Positions 8,303 to 16,387 of a stretch of 37,438 nt of DNA are shown here, piece by piece. The DNA lies in the IMG/VR virus record IMGVR_UViG_3300045988_172593, positions 1 to 37,438 of that record; one strand, written 5' to 3'. The notes under the pieces are model-generated. The model was not told the origin of the DNA. It was given only the letters and a program-made list of their open reading frames with translations, and did not search any database. The position numbers were made by a program, and so were the translations under genes. This DNA comes from a virus. How positions within the stretch are numbered: position 1 is the stretch's first letter; every line of letters begins with the position of its first letter.

Positions 8303-8944
8303 CTCCCAGATTCGCCAATCGCTCCAACACGCTGTCAGCCAGCTGCCGCCCGGTCATGCGCTCGGCCGGCCTGCTCGGGCGGACCAGCTCCGCCCAGCTC
8401 GGCAGCTCGCCGCCGCCCAGCAGCCCCCGAATCCCCTCGGTCACGTACGTCCTGTACGCGGCCTCGTCGGAGTCGCGCCTGTAGCGCGCGACCGCGTACG
8501 CCATGAACGGGCGGAGCCGGCGTGGGCCGGCGTACTCGCCCAGGTAAAGCCAGAGCGGCCGGCCGTCATCGGCGGCTATCCGAAAAAAGGCGCCGCCAGC
8601 TCCTTCAAGGCGCCGCCATCGCCGAGCGCGGCCTTCAATGCCGCGACGTCGGCCATGAGCTTCTTCGGGGTGAAGCACGCCTTGTACTCCTCGACGGTCT
8701 GCCCGTCGCAAGCCGCCAGGACGGCGTACAGGTCGCCAACGTTGCCCTTGAGCAGCGCCGGGATGTACTTGGCCAGCATGTCGACGGCCCAGCCCTCAGC
8801 GTTCGACCGGTCTCCGGCGCGGAACGCCTTGACGTCGTTCTTGAACGTCTCCGCGAGGTCGCTGTTGGCCAGCCCCTCGATTGCCTCGCCGAGCGAGGCC
8901 ATGGCCGACATGAACTCGTCGGCGCTCAGCTCGTCGATGCGCAT
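8289..8944 (-). CDS. Tail assembly chaperone GT fusion, made by a programmed -1 frameshift at about 8583..8590.
   Basis: Minus-strand heptamer T TTT TTC sits 2 codons before the G stop. The -1 frame stays open for about 100 aa (GAFFRIAADDGRPLW...) and ends at 8289, overlapping the TMP start. Confidence 0.6.
8576..8944 (-). CDS. Tail assembly chaperone (G-like).
   Basis: 122 aa ORF between the major tail protein and the tape measure. It ends ...APFFG* at the slippery site. Confidence 0.7.
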   Translation of the reverse strand: MRIDELSADEFMSAMASLGEAIEGLANSDLAETFKNDVKAFRAGDRSNAEGWAVDMLAKYIPALLKGNVGDLYAVLAACDGQTVEEYKACFTPKKLMADVAALKAALGDGGALKELAAPFFG

Positions 8945-9555
8945 CAGGCCACCGCCTCGCCTTCGGCGGCGCCCTCGTCTGCCGCCTTGGCCACCGCGGT
9001 GGAGGTCTTCACGATGTACAGCTCGAACGGCGGCGTGTCCTGGCTGTCGATGCTGTAGTGGCCGGTGAACGCGAACGGGAACTGGCCCTTCGCCTTGTCC
9101 CCGGTCTGCAGGCTGAAGCCGTCCGTGGACAGCGCGTTGATGAGGTGGACCGCCGCGCAGCCGTCCTCGCCGTAGTTGCCGACCCACCACACGTCGGCGA
9201 AGTCGGTCAGCTTCACGTCGTTGCGCGGCGTGACCTTGTTCCCCGAGGCGTCGGCGGCTCCCGTCACCTGCGTGGCGGAGGCCGTGTCGATGGTAAGCGC
9301 GGTGCCGGAGAGCGTCGCCTCCCAGCTGTCGAGGCGCTTAAGCTCCTTCATGTTCTTCGGGCAGTTGTCGATGTCCTCGCCGTAGTCGGTGTAGGTCGGC
9401 TTCGCTTCGAACTTGATGCCGCCCGACGTGGCGAACAGGATGCTCTCATCGGCGACCGCCGCAGGCTTCGCCGGGTCGAACGCCTTGCAGACGATGCCCG
9501 CGCCGAACTGCAGCTTCTCGAACGCATCGGCGGTGATCTTGTTGAATCCGCTCAC
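8944..9555 (-). CDS. Major tail protein.
   Basis: 203 aa at the canonical position before the chaperone and TMP. Confidence 0.7.
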   Translation of the reverse strand: MSGFNKITADAFEKLQFGAGIVCKAFDPAKPAAVADESILFATSGGIKFEAKPTYTDYGEDIDNCPKNMKELKRLDSWEATLSGTALTIDTASATQVTGAADASGNKVTPRNDVKLTDFADVWWVGNYGEDGCAAVHLINALSTDGFSLQTGDKAKGQFPFAFTGHYSIDSQDTPPFELYIVKTSTAVAKAADEGAAEGEAVA

Positions 9556-9568
9556 GGGACCCCTCTCT

Positions 9569-9943
9569 CTAATCGTTGGTGTAGAACTCGATTTCCAGGT
9601 TGATGAACCGGCGCATCACGGCCGGGTCCTCGTCGCGGAGGGCCTGCCAGAACGGCGAGCCGCGCAGCACGCGCATGGCCCCGCCGTCGCAGCGCAGCAC
9701 GCTGCCGCAGTCGCCCAACGCCGCGCCTATCTCCTCGGCCTTGGCGTTGGGCGCGGCCTCGCCGGATTCGGCCGGGTACCACAGGTCGGCCTCGGCCGCG
9801 AATGGCTCCTCGCCCCAGGCTGCGGAACCGAACGAGTACGTCAGGTACGGCATACGCGCTCCCTTGGGCACGCTTGCCGCCGGATACGCCGGGATGCCGA
9901 ACCTGGACGCCCACGCGTGGAACGCCGCCGCCTTGCTAGCCAT
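9569..9943 (-). CDS. Tail completion / neck protein (putative).
   Basis: 124 aa ORF between the head-tail proteins and the major tail protein. Confidence 0.5.
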   Translation of the reverse strand: MASKAAAFHAWASRFGIPAYPAASVPKGARMPYLTYSFGSAAWGEEPFAAEADLWYPAESGEAAPNAKAEEIGAALGDCGSVLRCDGGAMRVLRGSPFWQALRDEDPAVMRRFINLEIEFYTND

Positions 9944-10265
9944 CGAACGACACCGCCTTGCACTGGCGGAACGCGAACGACGCCATGACCGGAGCGACTA
10001 CCTGCCCGCTCACGACGCGCAGGCGCGAGCCGTCGGCGCGCTCGATGACGTCGCCGTAGACCAGCGGCCGCGTCCCCGTGACCGTCCACGCGGCCTCCTC
10101 GCCGCGCTTCTCGGCCTGCGACCCGTCGGCGGAGGAGTCCTTGACGACGACGGCGGCGAAGCTCGCGTCCGCCACGTACTCGACGGCCACGCCGCCCTCG
10201 CCGTCGGCGGCCTCGGAGCGGCGCAGCAGGCGGCACGGCTCGGCCATGCGCTCGTAGAGCCTCAT
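9936..10265 (-). CDS. Head closure / head-tail joining protein (putative).
   Basis: 109 aa. Its ATG overlaps the stop of the upstream gene (ATGA). Confidence 0.5.
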   Translation of the reverse strand: MRLYERMAEPCRLLRRSEAADGEGGVAVEYVADASFAAVVVKDSSADGSQAEKRGEEAAWTVTGTRPLVYGDVIERADGSRLRVVSGQVVAPVMASFAFRQCKAVSFDG

Positions 10266-10675
10266 AGCTTGCGCCACCTCCCCAGCTCGCCGCGGAACGC
10301 CTCGCGCCACGACGGGCACTCGGACGAGGAGCCGCCCTTGCTGTACGAGTAGCCGCCGAAGCTCTCGGACTGCATGGGGCTGCGCGCCGCCTCGCCGTTG
10401 GCCTGCTCCCACGCGGCCACGTCCTCGGACAGCTCCACGACCGCCTTCGGGACCGCCAGCGCCCACACCTGGCCGTCGAACTCCTCGTCGGCCAGGTCTG
10501 TCGCGGGCCACGTGTGCAGGCCGTCGTTGAACACGCTCCCGACGATGCGGAATCGCTGGCCGTCCATCAGGAAGCCCTCGGGCAGCGCGATGGCCCCGCC
10601 CTCGATGCGGAACTCGCCGCGCAGCCCGTCGCACTCGAACCAGTTGTTCAGCGCCCGCAGAACGGCCTCCAGCAT
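10262..10675 (-). CDS. Head-tail adaptor protein (putative).
   Basis: 137 aa ORF immediately downstream of the major capsid gene. Confidence 0.5.
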   Translation of the reverse strand: MLEAVLRALNNWFECDGLRGEFRIEGGAIALPEGFLMDGQRFRIVGSVFNDGLHTWPATDLADEEFDGQVWALAVPKAVVELSEDVAAWEQANGEAARSPMQSESFGGYSYSKGGSSSECPSWREAFRGELGRWRKL

Positions 10676-10677
10676 GG

Positions 10678-11673
10678 CTAGGCCAGCTTCGGGGCTGTGG
10701 CGATGCCCTTGAGCACGCCGGCCTTGAGGGTGTTCTTGAGCACGACGCCGGCCACCAGCTCGACCTCGCCGGACTTGACCGCGCCGGGCTGCGACAGGTC
10801 GGGCATGAAGGACTGGATGAGGCCGGTGCCCACGGGGCTGATGCCGTGGAAGCCGTCGAGGCCCAGGGACGCGGCGTAGATGTCGGACGTGCCGAACGTG
10901 CCGGAAGCGGCAGCGACGTCGGCGATGGCATCGACGGAGGTCGTGCCGTTGAAGTACTTGCCGAGGTTGACGATGGGCACGCCGTTGTACGTCTCGATGA
11001 AACGGCCGGCGTCGTCCTTGGTGCGCTCGTAGTAGCCGGCACGGCGGGCGATGCCGCGGAACTTCGTCAGCATCTTGCCGTTCATCATCAGGATGTTGGC
11101 GCCGTCCACGAACGACAGCAGGTTGTCGATCTCGTCCAGGAACGCCTGGGCGTTGGCCGACATCTTGTCGGCGTCGGACACGTCGACGGAGGACTCCAGC
11201 TCGTTCGAGGTGCCGCTGAGCAGCTTCGCCAGGCCGTCGAACGTGCCGTCGGGCTTGCCGGTTGCGGCGGTTCCCGCCGCCTTGCCGTTGATGGCGAGGT
11301 AGTGGAACTCGTTGGAGGTCGCCTTGACCTTCTGCTCAAGCTGGAAGGCCAGCTCGTCGACGGCGCCGGAGGTGTTCTGCAGCACGCGGTCGACCTGGAA
11401 CAAGCCGCCCATGATGACGGCGCTCGCGGTCTTCTTCTCGCGCTTCGCCTCGTTCGCCTTGTACTCGGAGTTGATGGCGCGGACGCCGGCGGTCGCCGGG
11501 GTCTTGAGCTGGGTGTAGCCGTACGCCAGCGTGGAGCCGCCGGTGCCAGGGGAGATGGCGTTGTCGAACGTCATGCGGTCGAGCAGCAGGGACGAACGCT
11601 GGAACGTGTCGATGACCTGCTGGTCTACGTGGTCGGCCATGCCGACCTTTGCCTCTTCGAGGGTGATAGCCAT
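10678..11673 (-). CDS. Major capsid protein (HK97-fold).
   Basis: 331 aa, lying after the scaffolding gene. Confidence 0.8.
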   Translation of the reverse strand: MAITLEEAKVGMADHVDQQVIDTFQRSSLLLDRMTFDNAISPGTGGSTLAYGYTQLKTPATAGVRAINSEYKANEAKREKKTASAVIMGGLFQVDRVLQNTSGAVDELAFQLEQKVKATSNEFHYLAINGKAAGTAATGKPDGTFDGLAKLLSGTSNELESSVDVSDADKMSANAQAFLDEIDNLLSFVDGANILMMNGKMLTKFRGIARRAGYYERTKDDAGRFIETYNGVPIVNLGKYFNGTTSVDAIADVAAASGTFGTSDIYAASLGLDGFHGISPVGTGLIQSFMPDLSQPGAVKSGEVELVAGVVLKNTLKAGVLKGIATAPKLA

Positions 11674-11676
11674 GGG

Positions 11677-12246
11677 CTAGCCTTTCTGCTCGTATCTCTC
11701 GTGCAGCGCGTCGCGCAGCGTCTTCGGGGCGGCCTTGCCGCCGCCGCCCGCCGGGGGCTTCGCCACGCTCGCGCCCTTCGTCTCGGTGACCGGGATGAAA
11801 TCTGCCCAGTCGCTCTTGATGCCGTTCACCAGGTCCTCGGCCCCTTCGATGGCGCCGTCCTTCACCGTTACCTTGGAGAGGTCGGACACCTTGAGCACGG
11901 AGTCGATGCGCTTCTGGTCGACGCCGGCCTCGGCCAGCAGCTTGCGGTAGAGCACGCGCTTCTGCTCCTCGGCCTTCTCCTCCTCGACATGCGCCTTGTA
12001 CTCCGCGAAGGCCTTCTTCTCGGCCTCCAGCTGCTCCTTGTAGGGGTTCTCGCCCGGTTCGCTGGGCTTCGGGTCGGCCTGCTTGGCCTTGGGCTTGGGC
12101 GCCTGCTTGGCAGCCTCCAGCTGCTCCTGCAGATCGTCGCGCTCGCCCTTGAGGCCGTTCACGGTCTCGACGTGCGCCGAGATGATTTCCTCGGCCTTCT
12201 CGTCCTCGATGCCCATAGCCTTGAGGAACTTCCTGGTCAACGCCAT
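11677..12246 (-). CDS. Scaffolding protein.
   Basis: 189 aa, charged and coiled-coil-rich, with a KPKAK/EEEK low-complexity stretch. It lies upstream of the MCP. Confidence 0.75.
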   Translation of the reverse strand: MALTRKFLKAMGIEDEKAEEIISAHVETVNGLKGERDDLQEQLEAAKQAPKPKAKQADPKPSEPGENPYKEQLEAEKKAFAEYKAHVEEEKAEEQKRVLYRKLLAEAGVDQKRIDSVLKVSDLSKVTVKDGAIEGAEDLVNGIKSDWADFIPVTETKGASVAKPPAGGGGKAAPKTLRDALHERYEQKG

Positions 12247-12370
12247 GTTTCGCTCCGTTTCCTTGGATTCGGCGCGCTTCTTCGCGCCTGCTGCCTTCCC
12301 GGCCTTGCCTCGCCGGGGCCGTTTTCCATCATCCGCCCCGCGTCACGGCCCGATGAACAGCCCCGGAACG

Positions 12371-12396
12371 CGAAAAGGCCCCGCGCAGGCGGGGCC
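12371..12396 (-). terminator. Rho-independent terminator-like hairpin inside the late operon.
   Basis: GGCCCCGCGCAGGCGGGGCC hairpin followed by TTTTCG on the minus strand. Confidence 0.45.
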
Positions 12397-12401
12397 TCGT
12401 C

Positions 12402-12731
12402 TCAGCCGTTTCTCAGCTCGTTCTCTATGATCGCCCGGTACTGTCCGATGTGGTTCTGCGCCGCCGGGCGCAGGTACGGCTGCTCCTTGTGGCGGCTCGT
12501 CCCCATCTCGACGTAGCGCGCATACTCGACGTTGGTCCCGATGTATACCGCCTTCGCGCCGTAGCCCGTCACGTGCGTGATGCTGTTGCGCAGGCGCCCC
12601 GTGTCGACCGGGCACAGCCGCTTGGCGTAGCCCTCAGCAACCAAGCCGACCTCCTCAAGCGCACGCCGGAGCGAGCTTTCGAACAGCTTCCCCCACTCGT
12701 CTGAGTTGTCCTCGTTCACGATGACGGTCAT
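12402..12731 (-). CDS. HK97 gp10-family phage protein.
   Basis: 109 aa with the ...PVDTGRLRNS...YARYVEMGT motif. Confidence 0.6.
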   Translation of the reverse strand: MTVIVNEDNSDEWGKLFESSLRRALEEVGLVAEGYAKRLCPVDTGRLRNSITHVTGYGAKAVYIGTNVEYARYVEMGTSRHKEQPYLRPAAQNHIGQYRAIIENELRNG

Positions 12732-13072
12732 GGGAGCATCCCCGTCATGTATTGGTCAAGCAGCCTGATGGCCGCGTCCGCCCCGTTGCACACGTACGCG
12801 CAGTAGCCGTTCTCGCGCAGCAGGGCCAGCCATCTCTGCTGGTACGCTGAAACCCTGCCGTTCTTCTTCGCCTTCATCTCGATGAACAGCCCGTGATAGC
12901 CGTATCTGGCCACCGGCACGCACAGGTCCGGCACACCGGGCCTGACGCCCTGCGCCTTGAGGTGCGCCGCCTCGGCCTTGTTGCGGTAGCCGCCGTTCGG
13001 GATGTGGAACACGGGGATTCCCTTGAGGTCGCAGTACTCCACAACCGCGCGCTGCTCCAACGCCTCGCTCAT
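12728..13072 (-). CDS. VRR-NUC domain nuclease.
   Basis: 114 aa. The motifs VVEYCDLKGIPVFHIPNGG...PDL...GLFIEMKAKKG...QQRW are VRR-NUC-like. Confidence 0.65.
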   Translation of the reverse strand: MSEALEQRAVVEYCDLKGIPVFHIPNGGYRNKAEAAHLKAQGVRPGVPDLCVPVARYGYHGLFIEMKAKKNGRVSAYQQRWLALLRENGYCAYVCNGADAAIRLLDQYMTGMLP

Positions 13073-13076
13073 GCGA

Positions 13077-13295
13077 TCACCAACCGTCTCCGTTTACAGC
13101 CGCATTCGCGCCGATATCGACCTGGTAGCCGTATGAGGCGATGCCGGGATTTCCAGGCGCGCCGAACGTGCAGCCGTCCTCGTGCGTGACCTCTTGCCCG
13201 GTTATGGTGCAGTACAAGGTTTCGGTGCCGGCAAAGCCGCAACCGATTCGAACGGCCGCCATGGAGCACGATATGCAGCAGATGATTTCCTTCAT
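13077..13295 (-). CDS. Small Cys-rich hypothetical protein.
   Basis: 72 aa ORF. Confidence 0.4.
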   Translation of the reverse strand: MKEIICCISCSMAAVRIGCGFAGTETLYCTITGQEVTHEDGCTFGAPGNPGIASYGYQVDIGANAAVNGDGW

Positions 13296-13335
13296 GGCTG
13301 CAATGATGGGCTATGCGTCACGCGTCGGTTTCAGG

Positions 13336-13370
13336 GCATGAAAAAGCCCCGCCAAAGCAGGGCCATGCTT
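13336..13370. terminator. Imperfect hairpin flanked by T/A runs (possible bidirectional terminator).
   Basis: GCATGAAAAAGCCCCGCCAAAGCAGGGCCATGCTTTT just after the stop of 13371..13598. Confidence 0.3.
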
Positions 13371-13598
13371 TTACTCCGGAAGGGCAAGTATCACGCTCTC
13401 GCAGAGCCTTCCGTAATCGTTCAGGCCGTCATCCGACAGCCCCTTGAGCTGCATTTCCTGCGACATCCTGTCGTCTATTTCGAAATATTGCTCATCGGTC
13501 AGGCGCTCAAAATCGCAAGGAAGCCCAAAGCATGAAAGCAGCTCCTCTTGCCGCTTCGTCAGAAAAACGGTTTCACCGTTCCTATTCGTCCAAGCCAT
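13371..13598 (-). CDS. Small acidic protein, a putative immunity protein for the MuF C-terminal toxin domain.
   Basis: 75 aa, acidic, lower GC than its surroundings. It lies immediately 3' of the MuF gene and overlaps it. Confidence 0.5.
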   Translation of the reverse strand: MAWTNRNGETVFLTKRQEELLSCFGLPCDFERLTDEQYFEIDDRMSQEMQLKGLSDDGLNDYGRLCESVILALPE

Positions 13599-14961
13599 AC
13601 TTCCTCCTTTCGCGCCTGCCGGTCTTGTACATCGTTATTATAACCCCGGTATCGGGGTTGACGACAACGGTGGCCGATGCGCCTACGAGCTTCTGGGCAC
13701 GCCGCCCCTGCAAATCGATCGTAGGCTCGAACGCGTGCAGCGGGTTCGCTATCGCGTCATCGACCTCGTAGCGCGTAAGTCCGCGCTCGGCCATCCTTTC
13801 CTCGGCGTGCTTGCTGACCAAAGCAGCTCGCCACGCTTGCTGCTGCTCGGACTTCTGCATCGTTCTGAACGCGTGGCCGCTGGTTCCGCTTGCCTTCAGA
13901 TGCTCAGAAAGCGCCTTGCGGCCCTGCGCCTCGGTCATGCCGCGCTTTTCAAGGTTCTTTTGCACGCTAGGCTGCTGCATGAACTCGCCCATCATGCGCC
14001 CGCTGCTGTCATGCCGGTAAACCGGCTTACCGGCCTTCCACTGCTCGTAGGTCATGCCCGGCGGGAGCCTGCTCCACCGCTCGGCGTCGTCCTGGTCTAT
14101 GCCGTCGATGGCCGCGACCAGCGTGCACCGGCAGTTGCATATCTCCGAGTACGGCCCCTGCGGGTCGCCGGGGAAGCGGCAGCCGTTCTCGAACGTCCCG
14201 GGGTCGGGCGCCTTGGCCTTGTCAAGCTTGCGGTGCGTGTGGCGCGTGCGCCCGTCGAGCGTGGCCTGCCACTCCTTCTGCATCTTGATGCCCATGGCTC
14301 GGGCCATGCCGTAGCTGTGCACGCGGCCCGCGTTCTCCGCTCCGGTGACCGCCGTGCGAGCCGTGCGCACCGCCGCCGCATAGTTGCTCCCGGTGACGCG
14401 CTGCACGCGCTTCGCAAGCTTGGGGATGGACTCGCCCAGCAGGACGCCCTGCGTCAGCTGCGAGGCCAGCAGCTTGCGGTTCCATGCCAGGTCCTTGGCG
14501 ACGTTCAGCGCCGGGGGCGCTATCAGCGCCTCGCCCGCCGTCAGCATGTGCTGGGCGGTGGAGGCGTCCATGAGCGAGAACGAAACGTCCAGCCCCGACG
14601 CCTCGCACACCTGCCAGCCGCCGTAGTTGGCGTTCTCGGCGTACACGTCGGGCAGCCTGCCGTTCAGCGCCGCCACGGCCACCTCGTTGGCGTTGGAATA
14701 CGCCTCGGCAACCTGGTCGAGCACCTGCTGGTAGCGCATGCCCGTCATCATCTGCGACCTGCGCCAGTCGGCGTACGCGCGTTCGCTTATCTTCCCGGCC
14801 TCAAGCTCCGCGCGCTTCTCGTCGTCGCGCTCCCGGAACTCCTCCAGGAACGCGTCCAGGTCCTTGCGCGCCTGCTGCTCGGCCTGCCCGTAGACGTCCG
14901 CGACCTCGGCCTCGAAGGCCGCGAGCTGGCCGTCGGCGTAGTCGTGCCCGTGGTCGCTCAT
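13582..14961 (-). CDS. Minor head protein of the MuF / SPP1 gp7 family, with a C-terminal toxin-like extension.
   Basis: 459 aa downstream of the portal gene. The C-terminal ~80 aa resemble DUF4258/RelE-like toxin modules of MuF polymorphic toxins: ...HAEERMAERGLTRYEVDDAIANP...VVVNPDTGVIITMYKT. Confidence 0.7.
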   Translation of the reverse strand: MSDHGHDYADGQLAAFEAEVADVYGQAEQQARKDLDAFLEEFRERDDEKRAELEAGKISERAYADWRRSQMMTGMRYQQVLDQVAEAYSNANEVAVAALNGRLPDVYAENANYGGWQVCEASGLDVSFSLMDASTAQHMLTAGEALIAPPALNVAKDLAWNRKLLASQLTQGVLLGESIPKLAKRVQRVTGSNYAAAVRTARTAVTGAENAGRVHSYGMARAMGIKMQKEWQATLDGRTRHTHRKLDKAKAPDPGTFENGCRFPGDPQGPYSEICNCRCTLVAAIDGIDQDDAERWSRLPPGMTYEQWKAGKPVYRHDSSGRMMGEFMQQPSVQKNLEKRGMTEAQGRKALSEHLKASGTSGHAFRTMQKSEQQQAWRAALVSKHAEERMAERGLTRYEVDDAIANPLHAFEPTIDLQGRRAQKLVGASATVVVNPDTGVIITMYKTGRRERRKYGLDE

Positions 14962-14964
14962 GCG

Positions 14965-16386
14965 CTACTCTTCCCCGGCTTCTTCGCCGTCCTCCTCGCC
15001 GACGGCGTTCTGCCGCAGCGCCGGGGGCAGCGCGGCCATCCTCTCGGCGGCCTCGGCGTCCTTCCGGCGCAGAATCTCGGCCACCTCGTCGGGGGTGACG
15101 TTCGGCAGCTTGCGCAGAACGGTCTCGTCGTCCAGGTACGCGGCCTCGGCCATGACGACCTCGACCTGTTCCTTGAGGTTGCTCACGCGGTTGCGCGTGA
15201 ACACCGGCGTGTCGACGATGCCCTGCAGAGCCAGCAGGTCCATGATGCCCTCGCGGATGTGGCGCTCGAACTCGTCGGCCTCCTCGTCCATCGGCTGGTA
15301 GGCCGCGTCTATGTGGTCGTTCGTGGCCCCTGAGGCGACGGTGTGCACGTCCAGCGCGCCGAAGTCCTCGTACATGTCGGCCTTGATGGTGGCCAGGACC
15401 TCCTTGCGCGCCGCGTACGGCACCTCCTGCACGTACGGCTTTATGTCGCCGCCGTCCTCGGTGTTGGCGGAGGCCACGTGCGTCAGCTTCAGGCGGTCGA
15501 TGTAGCGTTGCAGGTCGGCGTCGGTCATGCCGCCCGCGTTCTCGACAATCCAGTAGATCTCGGCGCAGTCCTGCACGTCGTTCGCCAGGCCGCTCTTGAT
15601 GAGGTCGTACGCGTCGATGCACTCGCGCAGCCCCACGAGCGTGCTCTGGTGCGCGTCGCTGCCCCAGATGGGCACGATGGGCAGGCGGCTGTAGTTCTCG
15701 GCGTCCACGGCCAGCTTCAGGCCGTCCGCCGGCACCTCGGAGTAGGTCACCTTGTAGGCGCGCTTCGGCTCGACCAGCGCCATGTCCGAGCCGTCCGCGT
15801 CGCCCGCCTTGTACACCGTGTAGCCGTCCTGCTCGTACAGCACGGCGTTGAGCGGATGGTACTGGTCCAGGCGCCAGAACCGGATGCCCGCCATCAGCGC
15901 GCCGGTCTGCTCGTCCCAGATGGGGGCGAACTCGGCCGCCGTGAACACGTCGATGTGGTCAAGGTTCCAGAACGGGAAGCTCACGCCGTGGATGAGGGCG
16001 TTGATGCCTATCTGCTTCACGTCGTCGTCGAATCGCGGCCCCAGCTTGGCCTTGGTCACGTCCTCGCCGCCCTCGCCGACGTCGACGAACGACACGCCCT
16101 TGCCCAGGCTGTACATGCACCGCTGGACGTTCAGGCGGCGGAAGAAGTTGCTCGCCATGCGCAGGCTGCTCGCCGTGAAGTCGCGCACCTCGACGCCCTG
16201 CGCCGTGAACAGCATCTTCGTGAACGCCGCGATGGTCTCGTTGCGCTGGCGGAAGTAGTTGTCGGCGCTGACCGCGTTGCGGTACATCTCGCTGCGCCGG
16301 TGCCGCTCCACGGCCTCGTCGACCCAGCCGGGCGTGCCGCCGTCGGCCAGCAGCTCGGCGTAGGTGATTATCGTGCTGGCTGTCAA
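14965..16386 (-). CDS. Portal protein.
   Basis: 473 aa with an acidic C-terminus, downstream of TerL. Confidence 0.8.
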   Translation of the reverse strand: MTASTIITYAELLADGGTPGWVDEAVERHRRSEMYRNAVSADNYFRQRNETIAAFTKMLFTAQGVEVRDFTASSLRMASNFFRRLNVQRCMYSLGKGVSFVDVGEGGEDVTKAKLGPRFDDDVKQIGINALIHGVSFPFWNLDHIDVFTAAEFAPIWDEQTGALMAGIRFWRLDQYHPLNAVLYEQDGYTVYKAGDADGSDMALVEPKRAYKVTYSEVPADGLKLAVDAENYSRLPIVPIWGSDAHQSTLVGLRECIDAYDLIKSGLANDVQDCAEIYWIVENAGGMTDADLQRYIDRLKLTHVASANTEDGGDIKPYVQEVPYAARKEVLATIKADMYEDFGALDVHTVASGATNDHIDAAYQPMDEEADEFERHIREGIMDLLALQGIVDTPVFTRNRVSNLKEQVEVVMAEAAYLDDETVLRKLPNVTPDEVAEILRRKDAEAAERMAALPPALRQNAVGEEDGEEAGEE

Positions 16387-16387
16387 C

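Noticed and set aside
9936-11042. 368 aa Ser/Pro/Arg-rich minus ORF overlapping the major capsid gene.
   Set aside because: Out-of-frame with the MCP. Low-complexity composition. Only its last 109 codons (9936..10265) correspond to a plausible head-tail gene with an ATGA-coupled start.
1678-12516. Many long plus-strand ORFs, for example 1935..2585, 3170..4297, 4364..5137, 7586..8506, 8118..9068 and 10846..12516 (up to 556 aa).
   Set aside because: They are antisense shadows of well-supported minus-strand structural genes in 64% GC DNA. Their products are Arg/Ala/Gly/Pro-rich low-complexity sequences with no motifs. They are fully nested in genes with clear domain signatures and RBS/ATGA coupling.
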